DNA from: Actinomycetes bacterium
Lineage (GTDB): Bacteria > Actinomycetota > Aquicultoria > UBA3085 > Oleimmundimicrobiaceae
Assembly (NCBI GenBank): GCA_030614255.1
Contig: JAUWKI010000001.1
Span: 69,113 to 133,112 of the forward strand
Reading direction: 5' to 3'
DNA length: 64,000 nucleotides
Below, piece after piece: positions 40,762 through 50,688 of the stretch; position 1 is the stretch's first letter, and each line of letters starts with the position of its first letter. Below the pieces are notes generated by a model. The model had not been told where the DNA came from. It ran no database searches and worked only from the letters and a program-made list of their open reading frames with translations. The translations under genes and the position numbers were made by a program.

Positions 40762-41685
40762 TCACCTAGTAAAAACGCGAATTGGCTCAGCAAATATATC
40801 ATCTTTTTGACAACTAGTTGTTTTAGATATGGCAACCAGATATCTGTTCTCATCAACAACTTTTATAAGCTGCCCCGGTTTAACTTTTCTCAACTGGTCA
40901 CCCACCATCTTATTCGTTAATGGGCGTCCATTTAAAATACCGCCAATGTACTGTTCGCTTACCATAATCGAAGGAAAACTCCTTAGGGCATCCTGAATCG
41001 AGATGATATGGTTATTTATGACAGCAGAGTCACTCAGTTCTTTAATTTGTTCAATCGAAAAAGCTTCGTCTAAACAGTAATCACCACAGTGCGTGCGTAC
41101 TAATTTTTTTAGATGAGCTCCGCAACCAAGAAAATCTCCAACATCGGAGCAAAGAGTTCTTATATAAGTACCCTTTGAACACGTTACATTAAATGTAACA
41201 ATCGGGTATGGCCTCTTGTCCATCTTCAAAAAATTGATTGTAAGGATGTTAACTTTTCGCGATGGACGGTGGATTTCCCTTCCCTCTCGAGCCAATTTAT
41301 ATAAGGGTTGCCCATCTATTTTAATGGCAGATACCATGGGTGGCGTTTGAGAAATTTCACCTTTAAAATTGCTTAGCGCGCGCTTTATTTCTTTTTCTGG
41401 TAAATCACATGTAACCCTAGATATAACTTTACCCGATGCATCTTGAGTGTTAGTTCTAATACCCAAAATCATTTCCGCCCAATATCCCTTAACATCATTC
41501 TGTAAAAATCGAGCAATTTTTGTGGCTTTCCCAATCAGCAGAATCAAAACACCTGTTGCGTCAGGGTCAAGTGTACCCGTATGCCCCACTTTTTTAACCT
41601 TTAGCGTCTTTCTGATACTAGCAACCACATCATGCGAAGTAACCCCAGCAGGTTTATCTACAATAATTAGACCATCGTTAATCAT
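40762..41685 (-). CDS. truB: tRNA pseudouridine(55) synthase
   Basis: GLIIVDKPAGVTSHDVV, the catalytic Asp in GHTGTLDPDATG, and a C-terminal PUA-like region. Confidence 0.95.
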   Translation of the reverse strand: MINDGLIIVDKPAGVTSHDVVASIRKTLKVKKVGHTGTLDPDATGVLILLIGKATKIARFLQNDVKGYWAEMILGIRTNTQDASGKVISRVTCDLPEKEIKRALSNFKGEISQTPPMVSAIKIDGQPLYKLAREGREIHRPSRKVNILTINFLKMDKRPYPIVTFNVTCSKGTYIRTLCSDVGDFLGCGAHLKKLVRTHCGDYCLDEAFSIEQIKELSDSAVINNHIISIQDALRSFPSIMVSEQYIGGILNGRPLTNKMVGDQLRKVKPGQLIKVVDENRYLVAISKTTSCQKDDIFAEPIRVFTR

Positions 41686-42731
41686 AAATCTTTAAGAGCC
41701 TCCAACATTAATTTAATTGTCTCTCCATAGTTTTTTTCCGAACTGTAACCTGCTGCATTCCTGTGTCCACCACCACCAAAACAACCAGCCACTTTGCTTA
41801 CATCTATCTTATTCTTAGACCTCAGGCTTACCTTCCATTTTCCATCGCTGGTCTCTTTTATGATGGCTGCAACCTTTGCCTCCCCAATTGACCTCAAAAA
41901 ATTGATTAAATTCTCCGTTTCTTCTATCTCAACACCTGTTGAAATCAGATCGCTTTGAGAAACCTTAGCGTAAGCAACCTCTGAAACAAACTTGATATTT
42001 TTGAGCACTCTGCCTAGCAACCTCAGATAAGAACTCGTCACATTCTCATATACGTTATGAAAAATTTCAGAAGGAATTACGCCATAATCCAGAAGAGATA
42101 GAACCATCTGAAAAGCTCTTTTGTTTGTATTTGAATACTGAAACCTTCCAGTGTCAGTAACTAATCCCAGATACAGACAGGTTGCAATGTCTCTATCCAT
42201 CTCTCCTTCCATCTGTTTTATAATCTGATAAACCATCTCAGCTGTTGCCGGCGAATTTTCGTCAATATAATTTATATGTGCAAACCTACTGTTATCGTGA
42301 TGGTGGTCGATATTTATAAAGAAGGTTGCTTTTTTTGAACATTCCTTTAGATTACCGAGTCGTTCAAAACTAGCACAGTCAAGAGCAATAAAACACTCTG
42401 TTGTCTTAGGACACTCAGAGGGATCTGAAAGTAGCTCTAGGCCGGGTAAAAATGAGTATTGTTTCGGAATAATCAAGTTTGTCTTGCCATTTTGTTCATC
42501 GGATTTAGAAGATTGTCCCCAGCTTACAAATACTTTCTTACCCATTTTTTTTAAAAACAGACCAAGCCCCAAAATAGACCCTATTGCATCGCCATCTGGT
42601 TGAATATGCGTAGCTAGAATAAAATCTTTTTTTTCACGTATTGTCTTACTTATTAGGGCAATTTCACCATTTAAACATTCTTTTCTATCTGACGATGAGA
42701 AACAAACATTTTGGGGAGAGGATTGCTTCAT
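41682..42731 (-). CDS. nrnA: DHH/DHHA1 phosphoesterase, NrnA-type oligoribonuclease / pAp phosphatase
   Basis: DHH motifs HIQPDGDAIGS, NIDHHHDN and DTGRFQYSNT, plus DHHA1 GGGGHRNAAG. Confidence 0.85.
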   Translation of the reverse strand: MKQSSPQNVCFSSSDRKECLNGEIALISKTIREKKDFILATHIQPDGDAIGSILGLGLFLKKMGKKVFVSWGQSSKSDEQNGKTNLIIPKQYSFLPGLELLSDPSECPKTTECFIALDCASFERLGNLKECSKKATFFINIDHHHDNSRFAHINYIDENSPATAEMVYQIIKQMEGEMDRDIATCLYLGLVTDTGRFQYSNTNKRAFQMVLSLLDYGVIPSEIFHNVYENVTSSYLRLLGRVLKNIKFVSEVAYAKVSQSDLISTGVEIEETENLINFLRSIGEAKVAAIIKETSDGKWKVSLRSKNKIDVSKVAGCFGGGGHRNAAGYSSEKNYGETIKLMLEALKDL

Positions 42732-43102
42732 TGTTGATTCCCGCTTTCTTCTTCGTGGATGTGGTGAAGTATTTTCGATATTCTTGCTCCCTGTTCTATT
42801 GACTCATCCCATTCAAACTCTAAGTCAGGCACAAATTTTAATCTTAATTTTTTTCCCAATTCGGTCCTTATGTGTCCTTTCGCCTTTTTTAGAACTTTAA
42901 GTGTAGATTCTTTTTCTGAAGCATTCATAACGCTTGCAAAGATTACTGCGCAACGTAAGTCGGGTGAGATATCGACTCCGGTTACCGTAATCATTTCAAT
43001 TCGGGGATCTTTTAACTTGCTTAATATCTCACTGACTTCTTCTCTAATCGCCTCGGCAACTCTGGCTGAACGTGGATAACTCATTTCTTTCCTTATTTTC
43101 AT
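42728..43102 (-). CDS. rbfA: Ribosome-binding factor A
   Basis: RVAEAIREEVSEIL...ITVTGVDISPDLRCAVIF is the RbfA KH-like signature. An in-frame ATG at 43084 is the alternative start. Confidence 0.92.
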   Translation of the reverse strand: MKIRKEMSYPRSARVAEAIREEVSEILSKLKDPRIEMITVTGVDISPDLRCAVIFASVMNASEKESTLKVLKKAKGHIRTELGKKLRLKFVPDLEFEWDESIEQGARISKILHHIHEEESGNQQ

Positions 43103-43419
43103 TAGTCGTTTGAGGTAAAGATTGATACTCTTCTGTTTATTTTATCGACAAGATGCATGTCAAATATTTCTTGTTCTATTCGACCAAATAGTTTTTTTGC
43201 GTCATGCTCCGTCTGTGAAACACAAGCAAACCCTATCAAAGCACGTTGCCATAGATCTTTACTCCCCATCTCTCCAACTGAGATGTTGTGCTTGCTCCTA
43301 ATTCTACCTGCTATGCTCTTTACTATCTTTCTCTTATCCTTTAGTGAACTGCATTCAGGCATATGTAAATCAAGCTCTAATAAACCTACAACCATTTTAT
43401 CCATATTCATAAGACACAA
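43102..43419 (-). CDS. DUF503 (YlxP-like) protein
   Basis: About 100 aa, with LELDLHMPECSSLKDKRKIVKSI. It occupies the conserved position between infB and rbfA. Confidence 0.8.
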   Translation of the reverse strand: MCLMNMDKMVVGLLELDLHMPECSSLKDKRKIVKSIAGRIRSKHNISVGEMGSKDLWQRALIGFACVSQTEHDAKKLFGRIEQEIFDMHLVDKINRRVSIFTSND

Positions 43420-43425
43420 TTTTCA

Positions 43426-45444
43426 TTAAACTTTAGGCTTTTCGACCATTTGAAAAAATTCAATAACATCGCCTATCTTAACATCATTGAAACCTTCAAT
43501 ACGGATACCACACTCATAACCATTTTTAACAGAATTAACATCTTCTTTAAAACGTCGCAGTGACGCAGTGGTGCCTTCATGAATAACAGCACCATCTCTT
43601 ACAATTCTGACTTGATCTTTTCGGTTAATCTCGCCTGAAGTAACAAAGCATCCGGCAACCGTTCCTATTTTAGAGACTTTGAATATTTCTCTTACCTCAG
43701 CATGCCCTTTCTCAACTTCCTCAAATATTGGCTTCAAAAGACCTTTCCTGGCAGCTTCAATATCTTCAACAACCTTGTATATTACCCTGTACATCCTCAT
43801 GTCAACATTCTCTTTTTCGGCAAGTAACTTCGCTTTCGCATCAGGGCGAACGTTAAATCCGACAACAACAGCATTTGACGCGGAAGCAAGCATTATATCG
43901 GTTTCAGATATTGCTCCCACCCCTTTATGGATAACTCTCACTTCGACTTCTTCCTGTTCAATTTTTCCGAGCACATCACAAAGTGCTTCAACTGAGCCCT
44001 GAGTGTCACCTTTTACTATGAGATTTAAATTGACTAGCTCACCTTTCTTAATCTGGCTAAAAAGGTCTTCCAGAGCCACGTGCCTGTGTAATTCTTTCTC
44101 GAGAACTCTCTTCTTTAAAAGACGCTCTTCGGAAAGTCGGCGGGCCTTCTTTTCATCAGTAACCTGTTTTAATATGTCACCAGCTTGAGGAGTTGAGGAC
44201 CATCCAATTACTTCCACAGGTGTACCAGGAGACGCAATTGATATGCGCTTTCCTTTATCATCTATCAATGCTCTTACTTTTCCACAAGCATAGCCGGCAA
44301 CCACTGAATCCCCAATTTTTAAAAGTCCCCGTCGTAACAGAACAGTTGAAACAGGTCCTCTCCCTTTATCTAAAAAAGCCTCGACTACCGTGCCACTGGC
44401 CATCCCTTTGGAACTTGCTTTAATCTCTTCCATTTCAGCAAGTAGCAATATCATATCCAAAAGTTCGTCTATGTTAGTTTTTGTTTTGGCCGAAACATTG
44501 ACAAATATTGTTTCTCCTCCCCAATCTTCCGGCACCAGGTTATATTCTGTAAGTTGTTGTTTAACTTTATCAGGATTAGCTTGAGGTTTATCTATTTTAT
44601 TTACTGCAACCAAGATGGGAACTCCGGCCGCCTTAGCATGATTAATTGCCTCAACGGTTTGCGGCATCACTCCATCATCAGCAGCAACTACTAATACTGC
44701 TATGTCGGTAATTTTAGCACCTCGTGCCCGCATAGCAGTAAAGGCCTCATGACCCGGTGTGTCGATAAAAGTGATTTTTTTATCTCTTCGTTCAACTTGG
44801 TGTGCTCCAATATGTTGTGTTATTCCACCAGCCTCCGTAGAAACCACATCAGTCTTCCGAATGGCATCTAACAAAAGAGTTTTACCGTGATCAACATGTC
44901 CCATGATGGTTACAACCGGCGGTCGGGGCTCCAGATCTTCGGGAGCATCTTCGAAAGTTTCTTCTTCCATCTTCTCTTCTAGGGAGATTATTTTAACATC
45001 AAAACCAAATTCTTCAGCTAAAACCTCAACAGCTTCGTTACTAACAGGTTGATTTATCGTGGCCATTTCCCCTAAACCCATAAGGGCTTTAATTATATCT
45101 GGGGAAGACTTCTTAAATATATCGGCAAGCTCTTTTACGGTAGAGCCCTCGCTAATTTTAATAAACGACTCTTCCTCGTTTATTTCATCCGAAACCGATC
45201 TGTCTTTTGGTTCATCCTTCTGCTTTAACTCGGACTTTTTCTTTCTCTCAGAAATATTTGGTTTTGAAACCGTTGCTGTTTCGTCACCGACTCCCATAAA
45301 TTCATTCTTTAAAAAATTGATGGCATCATCATCAAGAGTCGCAAAATGATTCTCTACACCGAGCCCCTTTTCCTTGAGCTTCTTCATCAACTCGGAGCTC
45401 GAAACTTTTATCTCTTTTGCCAACTCGTAAACCCTTATACTCAA
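43426..45444 (-). CDS. infB: Translation initiation factor IF-2
   Basis: N-terminal IF2_N ([10 protein letters not shown]), G-domain [20 protein letters not shown] and NKID, and C-terminal domains. Confidence 0.97.
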   Translation of the reverse strand: MSIRVYELAKEIKVSSSELMKKLKEKGLGVENHFATLDDDAINFLKNEFMGVGDETATVSKPNISERKKKSELKQKDEPKDRSVSDEINEEESFIKISEGSTVKELADIFKKSSPDIIKALMGLGEMATINQPVSNEAVEVLAEEFGFDVKIISLEEKMEEETFEDAPEDLEPRPPVVTIMGHVDHGKTLLLDAIRKTDVVSTEAGGITQHIGAHQVERRDKKITFIDTPGHEAFTAMRARGAKITDIAVLVVAADDGVMPQTVEAINHAKAAGVPILVAVNKIDKPQANPDKVKQQLTEYNLVPEDWGGETIFVNVSAKTKTNIDELLDMILLLAEMEEIKASSKGMASGTVVEAFLDKGRGPVSTVLLRRGLLKIGDSVVAGYACGKVRALIDDKGKRISIASPGTPVEVIGWSSTPQAGDILKQVTDEKKARRLSEERLLKKRVLEKELHRHVALEDLFSQIKKGELVNLNLIVKGDTQGSVEALCDVLGKIEQEEVEVRVIHKGVGAISETDIMLASASNAVVVGFNVRPDAKAKLLAEKENVDMRMYRVIYKVVEDIEAARKGLLKPIFEEVEKGHAEVREIFKVSKIGTVAGCFVTSGEINRKDQVRIVRDGAVIHEGTTASLRRFKEDVNSVKNGYECGIRIEGFNDVKIGDVIEFFQMVEKPKV

Positions 45445-45466
45445 TTAAATCACCTTTCGCTTAAGC

Positions 45467-45745
45467 TCATACTTTATTTTCAATCGTTTGCGATAGTTCA
45501 TCACTTAAAGCTTTAATCATCTCTTCATCAATGTTCGTGTTTAACGCACTTCCTAGTTTATTTTTCTTAATTGCCCTATTGAAGCATTCTAAACTACAAA
45601 CGTAAGCACCGCGCCCATTTGCTTTACTGGTTAAATCCAACGCAATCTTTCCGGAAGGAGTTCGAACTATTCTTATAAGTTCTTTTTTAGAAAAAGACTC
45701 CCAACAACCAATACATTTTCTAATGGGTATTTTCTTGCCACACAT
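45467..45745 (-). CDS. ylxR: YlxR family (DUF448) RNA-binding protein
   Basis: PIRKCIGC...RIV...GRGAYVC signature. The gene directly abuts the nusA stop. Confidence 0.85.
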   Translation of the reverse strand: MCGKKIPIRKCIGCWESFSKKELIRIVRTPSGKIALDLTSKANGRGAYVCSLECFNRAIKKNKLGSALNTNIDEEMIKALSDELSQTIENKV

Positions 45746-46858
45746 TTAGTCTTCAAACCCCTTGTGAATTCCACAGAAATTACTTCCGGGCTTTGCTCTG
45801 TTTTTGCAGGGCTTCCCCGATTTAGTAGTCGCCTGACACAAGCTTTCTTCCACAACAGGCCCTTCTCCTTCAACCTTAACCTCTTTAGAGGTCTGGCTCT
45901 CGCTTCTAATGTCTACCCTCCAACCAGTAAGCTTAGCAGTTAAACGAGCGTTTTGTCCTTCTTTTCCTATGGCCAGCGAAAGCTGGTCATCGGGGACAAC
46001 CACCCGCGCTTTTTTTTCATCTTCATTGATAGCAACTTCTTTAACTTTGGCCGGACTTAATGCATTCGCAACGTAAGTACCCGGATCTTCACTCCATTTG
46101 ACTACATCAATTTTCTCTCCACGAAGCTCCGCTACCACCATACGAACTCGAGAACCTTTTGGCCCAACACATGCTCCAACCGGATCAACATTTTCATCGC
46201 GAGAGCTTACCGCAATTTTTGACCTGTAACCTGGCTCCCTAGCAACAGATTTTATGTCTACATATCCATCAAAAATCTCGGGTACCTCAAGTTCAAAAAG
46301 ACGTTTCAATAAACCAGGGTGAGTTCTTGAAAGAACTATCTGAGGATCTCTGGTCGTTCGCCTTACTTCGACAATATAAGCCTTGATACGCATCCCATGT
46401 TCATATCTCTCCCCTGGGACCTGTTCCGCTGGCGGTAAAAGTGCTTCAACTCGACCCAAGTTTACTAATGTGTAACGCTGATCGCTCTGTTGGATGATAC
46501 CTGTAACAATATCTCCCTCTCTGTCAATATATTCACCGTACATTATCTCGCGCTCGGCTTCCTTTATTTTTTGAAGAATTACCTGTTTAGCAGTCTGTGC
46601 GGCAATTCGACCGAAGTCTTTTGGCGTAATCTCTTTTTCAACTAACTCTTTTTTACCTTCTTTTTCAATTTCCGTTCGCGAGAACACCTTGATTTCACCA
46701 GACTCAGGGTTTATCTCCACATAAACGTTCGGCTCCATACCGTAATTTTTTTTATATGCTGACGCTAAAGCTACCTTAAGCGCTTCTAAGATAGTTTCGG
46801 GTTCAATTTTTTTCTCTCTCCCGATTTGCCTAATAGCATCCATCAAGTCCGAATTCAC
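45746..46858 (-). CDS. nusA: Transcription termination/antitermination factor NusA (with unusual Cys3-His basic tail, no AR1/AR2)
   Basis: NusA NTD, S1 ([10 protein letters not shown]), KH1/KH2 ([23 protein letters not shown]). GTG at 46858 lies 8 nt after AGGAG. The track start at 46876 (TTG) is the alternative. Confidence 0.95.
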   Translation of the reverse strand: MNSDLMDAIRQIGREKKIEPETILEALKVALASAYKKNYGMEPNVYVEINPESGEIKVFSRTEIEKEGKKELVEKEITPKDFGRIAAQTAKQVILQKIKEAEREIMYGEYIDREGDIVTGIIQQSDQRYTLVNLGRVEALLPPAEQVPGERYEHGMRIKAYIVEVRRTTRDPQIVLSRTHPGLLKRLFELEVPEIFDGYVDIKSVAREPGYRSKIAVSSRDENVDPVGACVGPKGSRVRMVVAELRGEKIDVVKWSEDPGTYVANALSPAKVKEVAINEDEKKARVVVPDDQLSLAIGKEGQNARLTAKLTGWRVDIRSESQTSKEVKVEGEGPVVEESLCQATTKSGKPCKNRAKPGSNFCGIHKGFED

Positions 46859-46880
46859 CCTAGATACTCCTTTCAAAAGC

Positions 46881-47345
46881 TTATAAATTCACTTCGACTA
46901 CAAGATGAGCATTTGCCAGTTTGTCGTATGAAATCTCATAAATATCCCTATCACAATTGATTAAAAACATTTCATCTTTTGCAGAATCAATTATGCCCTT
47001 AAATTGCCTTCTTCCCCTTATGGGTTCTCTTGTTTTAACATAAATCTTTGAACCAACGTATTTTTCAAAATGTTCAGGTTTCCTTAACGGTCTCTCTATC
47101 CCCGGCGAAGAAACTTCCAACACACAACTTTGGCTGATTAAATCTTCCTTATCAAGCTCTCTGGATATGGATTCACTTATCTTGGCACAATCATCAATAT
47201 TAACTCCACCGTCAGAATCGATGTATACCCTCAAAACCATTCCGACCGGCTCTCTTTTTAGTTCAATATCCACCAGCTCAAACCCTTTGTCCGATAAAAC
47301 CTGATTTACCAAATTTTCAATTTCTGTAATTCTCGTTGAAGCCAT
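46881..47345 (-). CDS. rimP: Ribosome maturation factor RimP
   Basis: FELVDIELKREPVGMVLRVYID..LEVSSPGIERPL signature. First gene of the rimP-nusA-ylxR-infB operon. Confidence 0.92.
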   Translation of the reverse strand: MASTRITEIENLVNQVLSDKGFELVDIELKREPVGMVLRVYIDSDGGVNIDDCAKISESISRELDKEDLISQSCVLEVSSPGIERPLRKPEHFEKYVGSKIYVKTREPIRGRRQFKGIIDSAKDEMFLINCDRDIYEISYDKLANAHLVVEVNL

Positions 47346-47380
47346 TGCAACCCTTTCGGTTATATCACACCCGAAACATT

Positions 47381-47405
47381 AAAAAAAGTGGGCATTGAAC
47401 CCACT
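47381..47405 (-). terminator. Promoter-proximal intrinsic terminator in the rimP-nusA-infB leader
   Basis: The minus strand reads AGUGGGuucaaugCCCACU followed by seven U. It lies about 20 nt downstream of the predicted start site and 35 nt upstream of the rimP ATG. Confidence 0.6.
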
Positions 47406-47431
47406 CCCTAATGCTTTCTACCTGGTTTTTA

Positions 47432-47460
47432 ATATTAGCACATTATTTATGGCTCCGCAA
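47432..47460 (-). promoter_or_regulatory. rimP operon promoter (-35 TTGCGG, 17 nt, extended -10 TGcTAATAT on minus strand)
   Basis: The minus strand reads TTGCGGagccataaataatgTGcTAATAT. Confidence 0.5.
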
Positions 47461-47508
47461 CAATCACGGTGGAAAAGTGAATTACGGTATAGTCAAGATT
47501 GAATATAT

Positions 47509-48171
47509 TTATCGATCTTTATTGGAAGAAATTAGATGAGAAAACATCTCCCAATACATGCCCAGTCTAGATAAGATCCCTTTATGCAAACCCATTTTCT
47601 CTTCTTTCATAACATGCGACACATTAGACAAGGCTATCTCTTTAATTTTCGCATGTTTTTGCTTAGCTTGCCTTGTAAAAGCAACCTCCACACCATAACC
47701 ACTGTTGGTAAAGTCCGGCATATCATTCAAGAATTCTCTCTTAAAAGCTCTCTGTCCTGAAATATGGGGAACCAACGCTTGAGAAATATTTGTAGTTGCT
47801 CTCCCTCCAACGAATTTACCTACCGTCATGACTGGACCTTCTTCTAAAAGTAGCGGATTTACCAAATCTTCAATATGGCTAGCTTTAAGACCGATCAAAT
47901 CGGCATCCATTAAGACCAAAACCTCAGCATCAGTAGAGTCTATACCATCCCTTATAGCTGCTCCTTTGCCACCATTTGCTTCCCGACTAATTACTTTTAC
48001 TCCTTTGTAACCCCGGGTAACTTCAGCCGTCGCATCAACTGAACCATCGTCAACAACTATTATCTCGTCAGCAAATTTTACTTTTACAGCTTCATCTAAA
48101 ACCGCTTCGATTCTTCCGGCCTCATTGTACGCGGGTATGATTATGGCAATTTTGGGATTTATCTCTTTCAA
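47509..48171 (-). CDS. Family 2 glycosyltransferase
   Basis: IIIPAYNEAGRI, VVDDGSVDAT and LMDADL (DxD) are GT-A fold GT2 motifs. The protein is 220 aa and soluble. Acceptor is unknown. Confidence 0.8.
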   Translation of the reverse strand: MKEINPKIAIIIPAYNEAGRIEAVLDEAVKVKFADEIIVVDDGSVDATAEVTRGYKGVKVISREANGGKGAAIRDGIDSTDAEVLVLMDADLIGLKASHIEDLVNPLLLEEGPVMTVGKFVGGRATTNISQALVPHISGQRAFKREFLNDMPDFTNSGYGVEVAFTRQAKQKHAKIKEIALSNVSHVMKEEKMGLHKGILSRLGMYWEMFSHLISSNKDR

Positions 48172-48181
48172 TTTTATTCAC

Positions 48182-49627
48182 CTAATAAGCTTTGGCAAAG
48201 TAAACCATTGGTCCCGTTTTGCCACATAAAACACATTTACCTCTCTCTTTTCCAAATGGGACACAACGAATCGTTGCCATAGTCTCCTCTTTGATCTCAA
48301 CCTCACAATCTTCGCTGCCACACCAAAAAGCTTTAACGAAGCCTTGTTTCCCATCAATTACGGAAGCTAGCTCCTCAAAGTTTGAAGCTTCTCTTGTGTT
48401 CTCATCTCTAAAATTCACTGCTCTCTCTAAAAGATTTGTTTGAATATCTGTTAACGTTTTAGTAATTATGCTCTTTAGTTTGTTAATAGGAATAAATTCT
48501 TTTTCATGTGTATCCCGCCTAACCAAAACAACTTGATTTTTTTGAATGTCTTTGGGGCCAATCTCAATCCTTAACGGAACACCGCGAAGTTCCCATTCAT
48601 TAAACTTCCAGCCCACCCTATGTTCACGTCTCCAATCAACCTTAACTCTACAAGTATCGGCGAGCATTTTTTTAATTTCACTTACTTTCTTTTCGACAAC
48701 ACAGTCAGAGCCATTCTTGCCTAGAATTGGCACTATTATGGTTTGAATTGGAGCAACCTTCGGTGGCAAAATAAGTCCTGAGTCATCTCCGTGGGTCATA
48801 ATAAGAGCTCCGACTAAACGCGTTGAGACACCCCAGCTTGTCTGCCACGCAAATTTCCTTTTTCCATCCATATCTTGAAAAGTAATATCAAAAACTTTAG
48901 CAAAATGTTGGCCAAGATTGTGTGAAGTTCCGGCCTGAAGGGCCTTGCCGTCCGACATAAGTGCTTCCAGGGTATATGTTCGAAGAGCACCGGCGAACTT
49001 CTCTCGTTCCGTCTTTTTCCCAATATATACAGGAACTGCTAAATTGTTTTCTATAAAATCCTTGTAGACGTTAAGCATTTTAAGAGTTTCTTCTTCCGCA
49101 TCATCTTCGGTTCGATGAACCGTGTGACCCTCTTGCCATAAAAATTCTGTTGTCCGTAAAAATGGCCTGGTCACCTTCTCCCACCTTACAACATTCGCCC
49201 ATTGATTTATCAATACCGGCAAATCACGCCAGGAGTCTATCCATTTTGCATACATGCTGCCAATAATAGCTTCTGACGTAGGTCTAATAGCTAATCTTTC
49301 TTCAAGCTTTTCCTCGCCAGCATGAGTTACCCAAGCCACCTCGGGAGCAAAACCCTCAATATGCTCGGCTTCTTTAGCAAGTAAGCTTTCTGGGACAAAC
49401 AAAGGAAAATAAGCATTCTCGTGTCCCGTTTCTTTTATCTTCACATCCAACAACATCTTCATATTTTCCCATAGAGCATAGCCATAAGGTCTTATAACCA
49501 TACAACCCTTAACCGGAGAGTAGTCAGCAAGCTGAGCTGCGAAAATAACATCCGTATACCACCTCCTAAAGTCTACACTCTTGCCTGTGATTGCCTTAAC
49601 AAAGTTATTCCTTTTTTCCGTTGCCAT
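48182..49627 (-). CDS. proS: Proline--tRNA ligase, archaeal/eukaryote-like type (no INS editing domain)
   Basis: 481 aa. Class II motifs (FRTTEFLWQEGHT, GTSHNLG), an anticodon-binding domain, and a C-terminal Cys-rich domain ending ...CVLCGKTGPMVYFAKAY. Confidence 0.95.
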   Translation of the reverse strand: MATEKRNNFVKAITGKSVDFRRWYTDVIFAAQLADYSPVKGCMVIRPYGYALWENMKMLLDVKIKETGHENAYFPLFVPESLLAKEAEHIEGFAPEVAWVTHAGEEKLEERLAIRPTSEAIIGSMYAKWIDSWRDLPVLINQWANVVRWEKVTRPFLRTTEFLWQEGHTVHRTEDDAEEETLKMLNVYKDFIENNLAVPVYIGKKTEREKFAGALRTYTLEALMSDGKALQAGTSHNLGQHFAKVFDITFQDMDGKRKFAWQTSWGVSTRLVGALIMTHGDDSGLILPPKVAPIQTIIVPILGKNGSDCVVEKKVSEIKKMLADTCRVKVDWRREHRVGWKFNEWELRGVPLRIEIGPKDIQKNQVVLVRRDTHEKEFIPINKLKSIITKTLTDIQTNLLERAVNFRDENTREASNFEELASVIDGKQGFVKAFWCGSEDCEVEIKEETMATIRCVPFGKERGKCVLCGKTGPMVYFAKAY

Positions 49628-50688
49628 TAATCAATCTCCTCAAATTCTGATATCAATTCCAGAAGCGCCTCAACTAAATCATCTTCTGGAACTTTTTTAA
49701 CCGGTTCGCCTTTAGCAAATAATAACCCTTCTTTCTTGCCGGCAGCAATACCTATGTCGGCTTCGCTTGCCTCGCCTGGTCCATTAACGACGCAACCCAT
49801 AACAGCAATCTTAAGCGGAATCTTACATCCCGAAAGCTTCTTTTCTACCTCTTTGGTTAAAGCAATTAAATCAACTTCGCACCTTCCGCAGGTAGGACAC
49901 GATATAATATCAGGACCAATATGCCTTAACTCAAGAACTCGCAAAATTTTGAAACCGACTTCCACTTCTTTAACCGGATTGGCAGTAAGAGAAACTCGGA
50001 TTGTATCGCCAATCCCCTCCCTAAGAAGCATGCCAATACCCATCGCCGACTTTACTGTGCCAGAAATGAGAGTTCCTGCCTCGGTTACCCCAACATGTAA
50101 TGGACAATCCACCCTGTTCGCAAGCAACTCATAGGCCTCAATAGTCGTTAGCACAGATGAAGTTTTCACTGAAATTATAAAGTCGAGAAAATTCAAATCT
50201 TCGAAAAAAGCGACGTATTCTAGGGCACTGTTTACCAATGACTTGGCCAAGCCCTCTTCCGCATCCCGATATTTTTTATGAAGCGAGCCGGCGTTCACTC
50301 CTATTCTAATCGGTATATTTCTCTCTTTTGCTTTTTCCACTATCGCCCGGACGCGCGCTTCATCCCCTATATTGCCAGGGTTTATGCGAATCTTATCAAC
50401 CCCGGCATCAAGTGCTGCTAAAGCAAGTAAATAATTAAAATGAACATCGGCTACAAGCGGAATTTTTATACTTTCTTTTATGTAAGGTAGAGCGGCAACC
50501 GCTTCTTTATCTGGAACTGCCACCCTTACAAGTTCACAACCCGCCGATTCCAATTTCTTGATTTGAGACAGAGTCGCGTCGACATCATGAGTCTTTGTAT
50601 TGGTCATTGACTGCACCGAGATAGGGGCATCCCCTCCAACCTTTAAACTCCCAACTTTAACTTGTCTGCTTTTTCTGCGCTTCACCAC
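49627..50688 (-). CDS. ispG: 4-hydroxy-3-methylbut-2-en-1-yl diphosphate synthase
   Basis: VQSMTNT, RINPGNIG, and Fe-S ligands CPTCGRC plus MGCVVNGPGE. Confidence 0.95.
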   Translation of the reverse strand: MVKRRKSRQVKVGSLKVGGDAPISVQSMTNTKTHDVDATLSQIKKLESAGCELVRVAVPDKEAVAALPYIKESIKIPLVADVHFNYLLALAALDAGVDKIRINPGNIGDEARVRAIVEKAKERNIPIRIGVNAGSLHKKYRDAEEGLAKSLVNSALEYVAFFEDLNFLDFIISVKTSSVLTTIEAYELLANRVDCPLHVGVTEAGTLISGTVKSAMGIGMLLREGIGDTIRVSLTANPVKEVEVGFKILRVLELRHIGPDIISCPTCGRCEVDLIALTKEVEKKLSGCKIPLKIAVMGCVVNGPGEASEADIGIAAGKKEGLLFAKGEPVKKVPEDDLVEALLELISEFEEID

